Assembly (NCBI GenBank): GCA_040222015.1
Contig: JAVJWO010000216.1
Coordinates: 62,656-126,655, forward strand
DNA length: 64,000 bases
From: Coleofasciculus chthonoplastes F2-STO-03
Lineage (GTDB): Bacteria > Cyanobacteriota > Cyanobacteriia > Cyanobacteriales > Coleofasciculaceae
Direction: 5' to 3'
In this document: positions 39,901 through 49,879 of the stretch, piece by piece
Layout: each line of letters opens with the position of its first letter
How positions within the stretch are numbered: the first letter of the stretch is position 1
Program-made: the position numbers and the translations under genes
Notes under the pieces: generated by a model
Told to the model about the DNA's origin: nothing
The model's database searches: none
Seen by the model: only the letters and a program-made list of their open reading frames with translations

Positions 39901-42621
39901 GCCGAAGAGGAGGCAGAAGCATCTCCAAGCGCCGATCTAGAGGATTTAGATGAAGATTGGTTAACGGATGAATCTGTAGAGACACCGCAACCGGAAACAT
40001 CGGACAGTGCTGCCGATCTATTTGGGGATTGGGACATCCCAGAAACACCATCGGACGAAGATCTAGACGAACTTTTTAGTCTGGAAGAAGCGACTGTTGA
40101 TGATGATTTTTCATTAGCAACTCTGGCAGAAACCGAATGGGATTTGGATTCACCCCGAGAAGGCGCTGACGAGTTTGCGGATTTAGAAACCATGCTGGAT
40201 GGGGAGACTTCAGCAGCATTGACCAGTGAAAGTGATAATGAGTTTGCGGATTTAGAAACCATGCTGGATGGGGAGACTTCAGCAGCATTGATCAGTGAAA
40301 GTGATAATGAGTTTGCTGAATTAGACGCCATGCTGGATGGGGAGACTTCAGCAGCATTGACCAGTGAAAGCGGCAATGAGTTTGCTGATTTAGAAGCAAT
40401 GCTAGTTGATACTCCCTCACAGACAGATTCGTGTGAGGATTTAGAAATATTCTTAGGCGAACAGGAATCAACTCAAGACAATCGAGCATCTGTAGCTCAA
40501 ACTCCCCCATCTCAAGATAAAGATGACCTAGATAAAGAGTTGGAAGCCCTCCTTCAGGACGCTGAATCGAGAGGAGGTCCAGCTACAACAACAAATACAG
40601 GTTCGCGACAAACCGCTCCTTTGCCCAGTCGGAGACCGCCTCGGATATTTGAACAAACGATGCGAGTTCCGGTTAAGCACCTCGATAGTCTCAATAACTT
40701 GGTGGGAGAATTGGTAGTCAGCCGTAATAGCTTAGAACAGGATCAAGAGCGTCTACGGCAATTCTTGGATAATTTACAGCATCAAGTCTCAGCGTTGAGT
40801 GATGTCGGGGCGCGGATGCGGGATTTGTATGAGCGATCGCTTCTGGAAAGTTCTTTGTTAGCCAGTTCCAGTAGTCAAAATCAACCGCGCGATCGTTCTT
40901 TATTTGGGTCAGAAAATGGGGCATCTGCATCCACGGATTCTGAGTCGGCTGAGGATTATCATCCGTTGGAAATGGATCGCTTTACCGGCTTCCATTTACT
41001 TTCCCAAGAGATGATCGAGTTAATTGTGCAAGTACGGGAGTCAGCGTCAGACGTGGAATTCTTGGTGGATGAAACGGATCAGGTGGCTCGCAACTTACGA
41101 CAGGTGACAACTCAACTTCAAGAAGGACTGACGCGATCGCGCATGGTTCCGTTTGCTAATGCTGCTGACCGTTTGACTCGCCCGGTGCGGGAAATTTCCC
41201 GCAAGTTAAGCAAGGAAGCCCAATTGCAAGTGGAAGGTCGAGAAACCTTGCTCGACAAAATGATCCTGGAACACCTTTATGATCCCTTAACCCACTTGGT
41301 CAATAATGCGATTACCCATGGCATTGAATCCCCAGAAGAACGGCAAGAGATGGGTAAACCTGCTGTGGGTCAAATTATTCTGCGAGCGTTCCACCAAGGG
41401 AACCAAACGGTGATTGCCATTTCCGACGATGGCGCGGGTATTGATCCCGAACAGATTAAACGAAAGGCAATTGAGAAGAAACTGATCACCCCAGCCGAGG
41501 CGAAAGACCTAACCAATACAGAGTTGTATGACTTTCTCTTCCACCCTGGTTTTAGTACCAAAGACGAAGCCAGTGAATTCGCCGGACGGGGTGTGGGGAT
41601 GGATGTTGTCCGCACCAGTTTGAGCGAAATTCGGGGCGCAATCTACATTGATTCGACATTAGGAAAAGGCACAACCTTTACCATTCGGCTACCCTTAACC
41701 CTGAGTATTTGTAAAGCCCTATGCTGTTTGAGTACTCGCGCTCGCATTGCCTTTCCCATGGATGGGGTGGAAGATATGTTTGATGTGCCTAAAGATCGCT
41801 TACAAAAAGATGCCAACGGTCAAGTCGGTGTCTCCTGGCGGGACACGTTAGTCTCTGTGCAACCCCTGAGTGAATTGCTATCTTACAACCGTTCAATTAG
41901 TCGGGGTAATGTTTATGGGGGTAAGCGAGAAGACGACCTAGTCTCAATTGTTGTGCTACGCAGTTCTGGGACATTCATTGCCATCGAAGTGGATCAGGTC
42001 TTAGGTGAACAGGAAATCGTGATTAAACAACTCGAAGGTCCTCCGCCTAAACCCATTGGTATTGCTGGGGCGACAGTCTTAGGGGATGGTCGAATCATGC
42101 CCATTGCCGATGTGTTAGAACTGATTGATCTCGCCAGCGGACGGCTGCGGAAAGACAGCGTGACGATTTGGTCGAGAGGGGACAGCGAAGGTGCAGGAAT
42201 TGAGGAAGCCCCAGAAACTCCCCATGAGCCACTCGTTTTGATTGTGGATGACTCGATTACAGTCCGTGAACTCCTCTCAATGACCTTTGCCAAAGCGGGC
42301 TATCGGGTGGAACAATCCCGCGATGGTCAAGAAGCCTGGGATAAACTTCGGTCAGGCTTACCCTGTGATATTGTATTCTGCGATATCGAAATGCCGAGAA
42401 TGGATGGATTAGAACTACTCTCTCGACTCCAGAAAGATGAGAATCTCAGCCAGTTACCCATTGCCATGCTCACCTCTCGTGGGGCAAAACGACATCGGCA
42501 AATGGCAGCACAGCTTGGCGCGAGTGGTTACTTTACCAAACCCTATCTGGAAGAAGTGCTGCTCGATGCAGCTCAGCGGATGATTCAGGGTGAAGTCCTG
42601 TTTAGTGCTAGTGAGGCTTGA
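36985..42621 (+). CDS. CheA-like hybrid histidine kinase (Hpt - acidic repeats - HATPase - CheW - REC), PilL/HmpE-type
   Basis: FRAAHSVKGGA, RVPVKHLD.L.NLVGELV, SDDGAGI, GRGVGMDVV, IVDDS..CDIEMPRMDG; start probably ATG 36994 or 37000. Confidence 0.93.
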   Translation: MRDMAMQSEQQQRIMGYFMEEAQDHLNTIEQGLLNLQSTIEDPETLNEMFRAAHSVKGGAAMLGLNSIHQTAHRLEDYFKVLQDVPLKADTQLESLLLRVFDTLSALLNQLQSYGLTDETASTIMSDAEPVFEQLNSYLQQLAQNTQTAGETPTVANSSPSSSKGTKTLPATFKRDVLVELREMLQLYKQSDTSEHRRALQDHCQRLIELGDPLNLPGWGELLEISKRAIANLENSYRLLASVTIKEIKQAQELVLTGRSAEIVPSEQLKALAPDATTVESTRASDSSTHSSPQPTPATEESNQNHKETTHLPDSRDTYIQAEDTYIQDKNGTGRFRRDQLQFSTVQSSNSISPLSDQGEPEVGIAELNSLADIFETQTPDLDQTWQEEEDVINLNDKSLNSDSDDFLDLEDSNDFSDSDDFLDLEDSNDFSDLIGESEDLENSTADDALMQGLGDDFAPDAIANPQASKESSDSLDFSSSLTDDFSDLLFESDSSEDSDQMSHSGDDLNSLFGDGESFFDEEGEASSAEILSHSELEDLDVEENLPQSSLQGDETVSESDFDFDDLLEISSTEENPRPLGESVNQDDLELEDYLESNDLDRENQLDNNNQAETIDIESATPEAGDVSNPFEETSLDDFDQEAWEDSEDLPDFEALNDFFDSEPGVESTPVDSLTEPENDSIIELPTSTDEVLLNESTSSAQKDGDSSESLFEEEGDEILPEVTEDVTEIFAEEGEESQGSTAQVEDFDIDWLTDESQGTQQPWTSETESAANLFGDWETPQAPSNEDLDDLFLFAEEEAEATPSTQSEDLDEDWLTDESVETPQPETSDSAADIFGDEEIPETASREDLDDLFAEEEAEAAPSTQPEDLEADWLTDESQEIEQPETSGSAADLFGDWDIPETSSREDLDDFFAEEEAEASPSTQPEDLDEDWLTDESQEIEQPETSDTQADVWEEWETPEKTPREDLDDLFAEEEAEASPSADLEDLDEDWLTDESVETPQPETSDSAADLFGDWDIPETPSDEDLDELFSLEEATVDDDFSLATLAETEWDLDSPREGADEFADLETMLDGETSAALTSESDNEFADLETMLDGETSAALISESDNEFAELDAMLDGETSAALTSESGNEFADLEAMLVDTPSQTDSCEDLEIFLGEQESTQDNRASVAQTPPSQDKDDLDKELEALLQDAESRGGPATTTNTGSRQTAPLPSRRPPRIFEQTMRVPVKHLDSLNNLVGELVVSRNSLEQDQERLRQFLDNLQHQVSALSDVGARMRDLYERSLLESSLLASSSSQNQPRDRSLFGSENGASASTDSESAEDYHPLEMDRFTGFHLLSQEMIELIVQVRESASDVEFLVDETDQVARNLRQVTTQLQEGLTRSRMVPFANAADRLTRPVREISRKLSKEAQLQVEGRETLLDKMILEHLYDPLTHLVNNAITHGIESPEERQEMGKPAVGQIILRAFHQGNQTVIAISDDGAGIDPEQIKRKAIEKKLITPAEAKDLTNTELYDFLFHPGFSTKDEASEFAGRGVGMDVVRTSLSEIRGAIYIDSTLGKGTTFTIRLPLTLSICKALCCLSTRARIAFPMDGVEDMFDVPKDRLQKDANGQVGVSWRDTLVSVQPLSELLSYNRSISRGNVYGGKREDDLVSIVVLRSSGTFIAIEVDQVLGEQEIVIKQLEGPPPKPIGIAGATVLGDGRIMPIADVLELIDLASGRLRKDSVTIWSRGDSEGAGIEEAPETPHEPLVLIVDDSITVRELLSMTFAKAGYRVEQSRDGQEAWDKLRSGLPCDIVFCDIEMPRMDGLELLSRLQKDENLSQLPIAMLTSRGAKRHRQMAAQLGASGYFTKPYLEEVLLDAAQRMIQGEVLFSASEA
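39215..40405 (+). repeat. Intragenic tandem repeats in the CheA linker
   Basis: About five ~180-bp units (EDLDDLFAEEEAE...DWLTDES) and 69-bp units at 40171, 40240, 40309 and 40378. Confidence 0.9.
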
Positions 42622-42819
42622 TTAATTTGAGTGTTGAGTATGTAGGGGCGGGTTTCACTACTATCATTTCTGTTGCACCCCAATGTAACTAAACCTGCCC
42701 CGACTGAGTGTCAACCTCGATATGGCTCGCCGGGAGGACTAATTTCAATGTTTCTCCCAGACGTTCCACCAGAATGTCTCTACAGGCTCCCCCTACCGGA
42801 CTTGATATAACGTGGTATC

Positions 42820-44469
42820 ATGCAGACCAAAAACTCTTCCCTAATCCCTAATCACCAATCCCCAATCCCCAATGTTCTGAAAGCCTGCGCGATCGCGTTA
42901 TGTTTTTGGGGACTCTCTGGAAGTAAACCAGCTCAAGCGGAGGATGTAAATCTGAAAGTGGGTGTGGTGCAGCGTTTTGGCTCAGAACCCACCGACGAAC
43001 TGACCTTAAAAGCGACACCTGGGGATAGCTTGAGTTTGCGGTTCTTGGCAGGGGATATGCAACCCCAAACTCTGGAAACCGATCAGGTGACACTGGAGGT
43101 GGCGACGCAACCCTTATCCCAACCTGTTTTAGCTGAACATTTAGTCCTCAGCGATCACGCCACCTTTGAAACCGCCGAAGATGCGGCGAATCAGTGGCGT
43201 TCACGGGGGATTCAGGTGGAAGTGGCGCAGCCGGAACGCTGGCAAGTTTGGGCAAAACGGGATGTCTATCAGACGCCCCTGCTGCGACGCCTGTTGCTGC
43301 AAAGTATCCAAGCTCAAGGGGATGGCACAGTCCGACTAGAAAGTCAAGTCCTGCCCCAAGTGCCGCGAGTGTCGTTTGTGGTGGATGGCTATCGGTATAA
43401 TCGCCAATGGATAGAGATTGACTCGGAGAATGATTTAATCCAGGTGATTCGCGGTGAAGATAAGCGCAACCCACGTCTGTATGCAGGAAGTCTGAAAATC
43501 CAGCCCAATGCTTACGGGAATTACACCCTGGTTAATGACGTTCCCTTAGAAACCTATCTGCGTGGTGTTGTCCCCCATGAAATTGGACCAGGGGCACCAT
43601 ACGCAGCAGTAGAAGCCCAAACCATTATTGCTCGCACCTACGCCCTCCGCAATCTGCGTCGATTTACAGCAGACAATTACCAACTCTGTGCCAATACCCA
43701 TTGCCAAGTCTATCGCGGACTCACAGGAACAGTTCCCACGGCGGATCGCGCGATCGCGAAAACTCAGGGGCTAGTGTTAACTTATAATAATCAGCTCGTA
43801 GACGCCTTATATTCCTCCACCTCTGGCGGTGTCACCGCGCCCTTTAGTGATTCCTGGAACGGGTCAGAACGTCCTTATTTAAAAGCCGTGATTGACTCGC
43901 CCAAGCCGATTTGGGATTTATCTGAGAAGCCATTAGGAAATGAACAAAACTTCCGCGAATTCATTAACTTGAAAGAAGGATTCAATGAAAGTGGCAGATC
44001 TCCCTTCCGGTGGCGGGTAGAAAACTCCCTGGAACAAATTCAGAAAGATTTGCGGCGCTACTTGGAAAAAATCAAACATCCCCTAGCCGAGTTTACCACC
44101 ATACAACAGATGCAAGTCGTCAAGCGATCGCCCGCCGGACGCATCCTCAAACTGGATGTGCAAACAGATAAGGGTGTGGTTGAACTACAGAAAAATGAAA
44201 TCCGTAGCGCCTTTTATCCACCTCGCAGTACCCTCTTTTACCTTGAACCACTTTACGGTAGCAATAAAGAGGATAAAACCCTCAAAGGCTATGCTTATGT
44301 CGGCGGCGGCTTTGGACATGGCGTTGGTTTGAGCCAATATGGTTCGTATAACTTAGCGAATCTAGGTTGGTCAGGGGAGGACATTCTCACCTTTTACTAT
44401 CCGGGAACCCAAGTTCAACCCTTAAGTGATTCCATTGTTTTTTGGCAAGAACCAGGGAATAGTAAATAA
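42820..44469 (+). CDS. SpoIID/LytB domain protein
   Basis: LETYLRGVVPHE, ARTYA, CQVYRG, GFGHGVGLSQYG. Confidence 0.92.
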   Translation: MQTKNSSLIPNHQSPIPNVLKACAIALCFWGLSGSKPAQAEDVNLKVGVVQRFGSEPTDELTLKATPGDSLSLRFLAGDMQPQTLETDQVTLEVATQPLSQPVLAEHLVLSDHATFETAEDAANQWRSRGIQVEVAQPERWQVWAKRDVYQTPLLRRLLLQSIQAQGDGTVRLESQVLPQVPRVSFVVDGYRYNRQWIEIDSENDLIQVIRGEDKRNPRLYAGSLKIQPNAYGNYTLVNDVPLETYLRGVVPHEIGPGAPYAAVEAQTIIARTYALRNLRRFTADNYQLCANTHCQVYRGLTGTVPTADRAIAKTQGLVLTYNNQLVDALYSSTSGGVTAPFSDSWNGSERPYLKAVIDSPKPIWDLSEKPLGNEQNFREFINLKEGFNESGRSPFRWRVENSLEQIQKDLRRYLEKIKHPLAEFTTIQQMQVVKRSPAGRILKLDVQTDKGVVELQKNEIRSAFYPPRSTLFYLEPLYGSNKEDKTLKGYAYVGGGFGHGVGLSQYGSYNLANLGWSGEDILTFYYPGTQVQPLSDSIVFWQEPGNSK

Positions 44470-44650
44470 ATAACCTATCCGGTTGGATAATTACACGTTG
44501 GTACTGTTATCAGCGATAATTTCAATCCGGTTTTCCTCCTGCAAGCGATCGCGGACTAACAGATAGAGAATGATAAATATTGTAGGGGCTAGTCGCTGCA
44601 CAAATATGGCGGTGTGAGAATTAACCTGTCTCGACTCGCCCTTTTCTTGT

Positions 44651-45034
44651 ATGTACTTAACTAGATTCAGAGATAAACCCGGATTAGCCCCCACAATCAT
44701 TGCCCAACCTGTTGATAAAATACAGGCGCATCTCGTCCACAATGCATCAGGTGCGACATTCAATTTATCCGGGAACATCTGCACGATTGGACGAGAACCG
44801 AGTAATACGTTGGTTCTCGATGATGGGTTAAGTTCCCGCTATCATGCTCAGATTACTCAATCCAGAGACACTCAGGGTCAACTCCAATACCAGTTAATTG
44901 ATGTGGGTAGTTCTAATGGTACCTTTGTCAACGGACAACGCCTTACCCCCCATCAACCTTGCACCCTAACTCCGGGGAATAGTATCCGCATTGGCAATCA
45001 GGAATGGACGTTTCGCCCTCACCCCCCAGCCTGA
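44651..45034 (+). CDS. FHA domain protein
   Basis: IGR, SRYHA, D.GSSNGTFVNG. Confidence 0.88.
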   Translation: MYLTRFRDKPGLAPTIIAQPVDKIQAHLVHNASGATFNLSGNICTIGREPSNTLVLDDGLSSRYHAQITQSRDTQGQLQYQLIDVGSSNGTFVNGQRLTPHQPCTLTPGNSIRIGNQEWTFRPHPPA

Positions 45035-45317
45035 CAGGTGTAGGTTTTTTATTTTAGGGTTGCGACAAGACAAGGGAGACAAGGTGACAAGAAGACAAGG
45101 GAGGAAAACTGTACAGAATTTTGTTCGGTCAAACTAACTGTAAAAAGCCGAAACGCGATGTTTAAATGCCTGGGGTACGAAGAGAACTGTCATCAGAACA
45201 CTGAGGTTTTAAGTAGGTTTGTGGCAATAAACTCAACACGATTAAGTCATGTCAATAGCCCTCAAACTCTTACGAATGACAAATGACGATCACCACCTAC
45301 TCATTTTGTCAATCCAT

Positions 45318-47000
45318 TCAACTTGACAATAGAGGAAACTTTTTTCCCGTACTCAGCAACTTGGCAAAGGCTTCAGCCGATAAGGGTGGACTAAACCAAT
45401 ACCCCTGAATTTCATCACAGTGATGTCCTTTGAGAAAATTCAATTGACTGAGCGTCTCCACTCCTTCGGCGACAACCTTTAACTTGAGACTCTGAGCCAT
45501 TTGTAAAATTGCTGTGGTAATCGCTTCATCACGGCTATCTTCAGTCAGTTTACAAACAAAAGAACGGTCAATTTTTAGGACATCAAAAGGGAATTGTTTT
45601 AACTGACTTAATGCCGAATATCCGGTACCAAAATCATCGATAGAAATACGAATCCCTAAAGACTTAAATTGCTTTAACGTCGCAATCGCGGTGTCTGGAT
45701 TTTGGACTAATGTACTTTCGGTCAGTTCTAACTCTAAATAATTGGGCTTTAATCCCGTTTCCTGGAGGATGTCCACGACAAAGTTGGTTAAATTAGACTG
45801 ATTAAACTGACGGGGCGATAAATTCACGGCAATTCGTAAGGGAAAAATTCCCTGATCTTGCCAGACTCGCGCTTGCTGACAGGCTTGTCTAAGTACCCAT
45901 TCGCCCAATGGCACAATTAACCCGGTTTTTTCAGCTAAGGGAATAAATTCAACGGGCGAAATAATCCCGCGTTGGGGATGATTCCAGCGCACTAAGGCTT
46001 CCGCCCCCTCAATCTGTCCGGTGAGCAGATTGACTTTCGGTTGATAATAAAGCTGAAATTCCTGCCGTTCTAAGGCTTGACGCATTTGGGTTTCTAGCTC
46101 AAACGCTTCTTGAGATTTTGCGCCAATGGAGGCAATGTAAAACTGATAGCGACGATTTCCCGGTTGTTTGGCTTCTTCTCTGGCAACACTAGCATGTCTA
46201 ATTAGGGTGTCGAGATCTCGACCATCACGTCCTAAAATGGCAATACCAATGTAGGCAGATAGGAAGATTTGATGAGAGTCTACCTGAAACGGCAAATCAA
46301 ACGCCTTTAACAAGGTTTCGACAATTTGAATACTCTCAGGTTTGTGATAACTTCGACTCAAGAGAATGATAAAATGATCACTACCAATTTGAGCGATCGC
46401 ATCCTGTTGTCCTAAGTGATGGTGTAAGCGTTCGACAACGGCTTGGAGTAATTGATCACCAATGGCAAGTCCTAGGGTATTGTTGAGTTGGTTGAGTTGT
46501 TCAATTTCCAGCGATAAGAGGAAAATCTGGAGTTTACCCTGATTTCCTGGTTTCTCTAGCTGATTAAAACGTTTCTGGAGTAACCGACGATTGGGCAGAT
46601 TGGGATTGAGGATAGACTGCTGTTGGCGTAATTTTACTTTTTGTAATCGCGCCGCGATCGCACTGAGGATTTGGGCGCGAGTAAAGGGCTTTGTCACGTA
46701 ATCATCTGCCCCCAATGTCATCCCCTGGCGCATATCCGTCTGTTTTGTTTTGGCGGTGAGGAAGATAAAAGGAATCGTCGCCGTTGAGGGGTCTTGTTGT
46801 AGGATATGGAGTACACCATAACCATCCAATCCCGGCATCAGGATATCACAGATAATCAAATCAGGTTGTTTGGTTTGAGCCAATTGCACTCCTGTGCTAC
46901 CATTATCGGCACTGAGCGTCTCGAACCCTTCCGCATTCAATAGTTTAAGTAAATTCCTGTGGATGGCTTTTTCGTCTTCAATTACTAAAATCGTCGTCAT
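45318..47000 (-). CDS. Response regulator REC - degenerate GGDEF - EAL phosphodiesterase
   Basis: IICDILMP; GSDHF in place of GGDEF; EALVRW, DDFGTGYS. Confidence 0.92.
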   Translation of the reverse strand: MTTILVIEDEKAIHRNLLKLLNAEGFETLSADNGSTGVQLAQTKQPDLIICDILMPGLDGYGVLHILQQDPSTATIPFIFLTAKTKQTDMRQGMTLGADDYVTKPFTRAQILSAIAARLQKVKLRQQQSILNPNLPNRRLLQKRFNQLEKPGNQGKLQIFLLSLEIEQLNQLNNTLGLAIGDQLLQAVVERLHHHLGQQDAIAQIGSDHFIILLSRSYHKPESIQIVETLLKAFDLPFQVDSHQIFLSAYIGIAILGRDGRDLDTLIRHASVAREEAKQPGNRRYQFYIASIGAKSQEAFELETQMRQALERQEFQLYYQPKVNLLTGQIEGAEALVRWNHPQRGIISPVEFIPLAEKTGLIVPLGEWVLRQACQQARVWQDQGIFPLRIAVNLSPRQFNQSNLTNFVVDILQETGLKPNYLELELTESTLVQNPDTAIATLKQFKSLGIRISIDDFGTGYSALSQLKQFPFDVLKIDRSFVCKLTEDSRDEAITTAILQMAQSLKLKVVAEGVETLSQLNFLKGHHCDEIQGYWFSPPLSAEAFAKLLSTGKKFPLLSS

Positions 47001-47347
47001 GACTATAGCTCGCTGGATATCTCGCCCAATGGGAGCAAGTCGGAAAACGAGGCGAGTATTATCGCTTTCCTGTTAAACACGTTAGCAATTAGGGGGTATA
47101 ACCCAATCCTAGTAAAAGTTTGGGCTTGTCGAAGCCAGGAAAAATGATGACTTAGATGTTCGTTGATGGTTATGTACAGTATTTTAAAATTAAACAGTTA
47201 AAACCCATAGAAATTCATTGATATTTGTTACTTTATTTTCTTTTTCTAGAGAAAATAATTGAGTGTTGATTGTAATTATTTACGACCCCAGATGTGGATA
47301 GTTGCCGCCGTTTTTTAGGGAAAAGGCGCGAGTCTCAATTCTCATCT

Positions 47348-48379
47348 CTACTCCCAGTCTGCTGACTCTGGCATTTTTCCCTGGCGATCGCTGATCAAGG
47401 GTAAGCGAACCGTAAACGTTGTACCCACGCCAACGTCACTGGTTACATCAATTTGACCCTGGTGCAGATCAACACATTGTTTAACAATAGCTAACCCCAA
47501 TCCTGTCCCCGCGATCGCACCCACATTGTTTCCCCGATAGAAAAAATCAAACAGGTGAGGTATATCCTCTAACGGAATACCAATTCCCTGATCCTGAATC
47601 TCAAAGCAAGCATTCTCTCCCTCACGGGCTAGGTTGAATCGAATCGTACCGCCCACCGGAGAGTATTTAATCGCATTGGATAGCAAGTTAGACAGGAGTT
47701 GGCGCAATAGTTTTTCATCCATCATCGCGGGTAAACAAGTAACTTGACTCACGAAGGCGAGGGTATAGGCTTGATTCTGATCATCGGTTAAGTGTTTGAC
47801 GGTTAAACCTTGCTGAATCTGAGTCACTAACCGTTGGCAAAAGTCATGGAGTTCCACAGGGGCGGGAGTAAAAGGGAGTTGTTCCCCATCAGCCGTACCG
47901 ACAAACTGCATATTTTCCAACAGTTGCAGCATCTGTTGCACCGTTTCCTGAATCAGATGCAACTGTTCCACTTGTTCTGCTTTTGTCCATTGGTAATGTT
48001 CCAACAATTCAGCCGTAGACAGAATCGTTGTCAGAGGTGTACGGAATTCATGAGCCGTGATGGATAGAACCTGAGATTTTAAGTCTCCCCGTTGTTTTTC
48101 TTGAGCTAAAGCATTAAGAATTTCGGCGTCTGTTGGCTGAGATTGGTCCATTGCTGACTTGAGTTGAAAGTATTCTGAGAGACTCTCTTGTGGCTGTTGT
48201 GCTGACGCTGATGGTGAAGATGGCGAATGGGTGAGAATCTGTTCAACACCCATCACAATCAAAGTTTCAGAAGAAATATCCAGGCGAGTTGCGATATCCT
48301 GCAACTTCACCCAATCGTCATCGTATATCTCGTGAGACTCCGGGTTCAGCGAAGCAACCCGGAGAGGGATAGAGGTCAA
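47348..48379 (-). CDS. Sensor histidine kinase, 3' part of a gene interrupted by the IsrB element
   Basis: HEFRTPLT, NLLSNAIKYS, DQGIGI, GTGLGL; native sequence resumes at 48321. Confidence 0.88.
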   Translation of the reverse strand: MTSIPLRVASLNPESHEIYDDDWVKLQDIATRLDISSETLIVMGVEQILTHSPSSPSASAQQPQESLSEYFQLKSAMDQSQPTDAEILNALAQEKQRGDLKSQVLSITAHEFRTPLTTILSTAELLEHYQWTKAEQVEQLHLIQETVQQMLQLLENMQFVGTADGEQLPFTPAPVELHDFCQRLVTQIQQGLTVKHLTDDQNQAYTLAFVSQVTCLPAMMDEKLLRQLLSNLLSNAIKYSPVGGTIRFNLAREGENACFEIQDQGIGIPLEDIPHLFDFFYRGNNVGAIAGTGLGLAIVKQCVDLHQGQIDVTSDVGVGTTFTVRLPLISDRQGKMPESADWE

Positions 48380-49581
48380 ATCGACCCTTCCAACAAGGGA
48401 AGATTTGACAATCCAGTCGCAGGCACGACATTTCGACTTCGCTCAATGCGAACGATTAACCCCGTGCTTCGCTGCAACAACCGGACTTTCTTGGTAGTAA
48501 ACTGCCCAAGTCTTTTCCAGCTAGCATCGCTAACTGAAACCTGCTTCTCAGTGTCTCCAGAACACCAACCTGTGTAAGTCTTTCCGGCTTTTTCGGCTAT
48601 AACCTTGTCTCCTTTTCTGAAGTTATGACGAGTAACTGTACCGCCATACTTGCGTCGCTTGCTGCCCTTGGATGGAACACACAGGTGTAATTGTCTACGA
48701 CTAACGGGCGGTCTACGGACTATGGCAAATGACGCAGGTGTGACTTGAACATCGCCGCACCAACTTCCATGTTTGGTATTATTCGAGTGCCATTCTCTCC
48801 ATTGTATAAATTCAAACGCAGCTATGGTCACACCATCGACAGCATGGGTTGCAGGTGTCTGATTAGCTTTGTTTTTCTTGTCTTTGGCTAATCCCAACCA
48901 CTGTCTAAGTTGACTGGTTCCGTTTCCATCCTTTTGCCATCCCTGATGAGTTTTAACCGGGGCTAATTCAGATAGCCAATTAAGCATTTGTCGCTGTCCC
49001 ACCATGACTGGAGAAAATCCGACACCAGACCGAGCCGATTTCCGTCCACTGGTTCTGTCTATGTCAGCCATAACCAACTCATAGTGAATGGAACTAATGG
49101 GAAACAGCTTAAATAGCTCTTTAACTACCCGTAACTCTAGCTGTTTGTTAGCTCGAATTGAGGGCGGCAATTTGCCTTGCCTACGGTTATTAAACCTTTT
49201 TTGACGATGACAACGCTTGTTGTAAGACAATTTCCGGTTAATTCGTCTACCTCTTCTTGCTCGACGCATGACCCGCCGTAATTCCATCCGCTCTTTAACT
49301 GTTTTGAACGGTAGAACTAGATGAGCCATCCAGAGGGTAGCAAGACTCGATTGAACGGCGGCGCCTGAGTAGCATTTGCCTGGATCTATTCCTATGGCTA
49401 TCGACTGAGTATTCTCCCCTGTTTCAAAGGTTAACTGAATGGCAAAACATTCTAAATCGTTATGCACAACTTTAGCTTTACCTTCTTTTAACCAACGTCT
49501 AGCACGGCTAGGTTTCGTTGGCATTAAGGGTTTACCTGACTTTGATAGAACTGGTACTCGTAACATGGAGATAATCCTCAC
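48376..49581 (-). CDS. isrB: IsrB RNA-guided nickase (PLMP/RRXRR, split RuvC, no HNH); start probably ATG 49566
   Basis: KPLMPTKPSRAR, GIDPG, Arg-rich bridge helix, HYELV, THAVDG; no HNH motif. Confidence 0.88.
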   Translation of the reverse strand: MRIISMLRVPVLSKSGKPLMPTKPSRARRWLKEGKAKVVHNDLECFAIQLTFETGENTQSIAIGIDPGKCYSGAAVQSSLATLWMAHLVLPFKTVKERMELRRVMRRARRGRRINRKLSYNKRCHRQKRFNNRRQGKLPPSIRANKQLELRVVKELFKLFPISSIHYELVMADIDRTSGRKSARSGVGFSPVMVGQRQMLNWLSELAPVKTHQGWQKDGNGTSQLRQWLGLAKDKKNKANQTPATHAVDGVTIAAFEFIQWREWHSNNTKHGSWCGDVQVTPASFAIVRRPPVSRRQLHLCVPSKGSKRRKYGGTVTRHNFRKGDKVIAEKAGKTYTGWCSGDTEKQVSVSDASWKRLGQFTTKKVRLLQRSTGLIVRIERSRNVVPATGLSNLPLLEGSI

Positions 49582-49879
49582 GAGTGAGTGTGTTTACATT
49601 GAGCGACTTGTACCGAGCGACAGTTCGACAAGCTCACTGACCGTCGAGGTAAGTCGAAATGTAGTCCCTTCCCGCCATCTCGGTTAAGATGTCTTGTACA
49701 GACGTGCCATGGCGCGTCTCTACCAACAGCCCGACAAAAGGCTTTAGATTTAATCCGGACTAGGGAAACATCCGGGTGTCTGTACCAAACTGAGACTCCA
49801 TGCGGTATTCAACGGTTTAAAGGGTCCGTTTGTCCGGCAATCCCTGACTTCAAGCGTTAGCTAAGTCAGGGTTGTTGAA
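49580..49879 (-). ncRNA. IsrB omega-RNA scaffold
   Basis: About 300 structured nt directly upstream of isrB: CCCTGACTT...AAGTCAGGG and CCGGA...TCCGG stems. Confidence 0.78.

Larger units (their letters stand above)
48322..49879 (-). mobile_element. IS200/IS605-superfamily IsrB (OMEGA) element
   Basis: Removing it rejoins ATGCAAACGATCGCGATTACTCTTACCG to ATGACGATTGG in frame; hairpins at both ends. Confidence 0.88.

Noticed and set aside
39338..40510. Antisense repetitive ORFs, or a diversity-generating retroelement template/variable pair
   Set aside because: Shadows of the CheA linker repeats; no reverse transcriptase and no adenine-specific variation seen.
48322..49879. Self-splicing IStron explanation for the intragenic IsrB element
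   Set aside because: No recognisable group I intron core; the upstream RNA is explained as omega-RNA. Only RT-PCR could exclude splicing fully.
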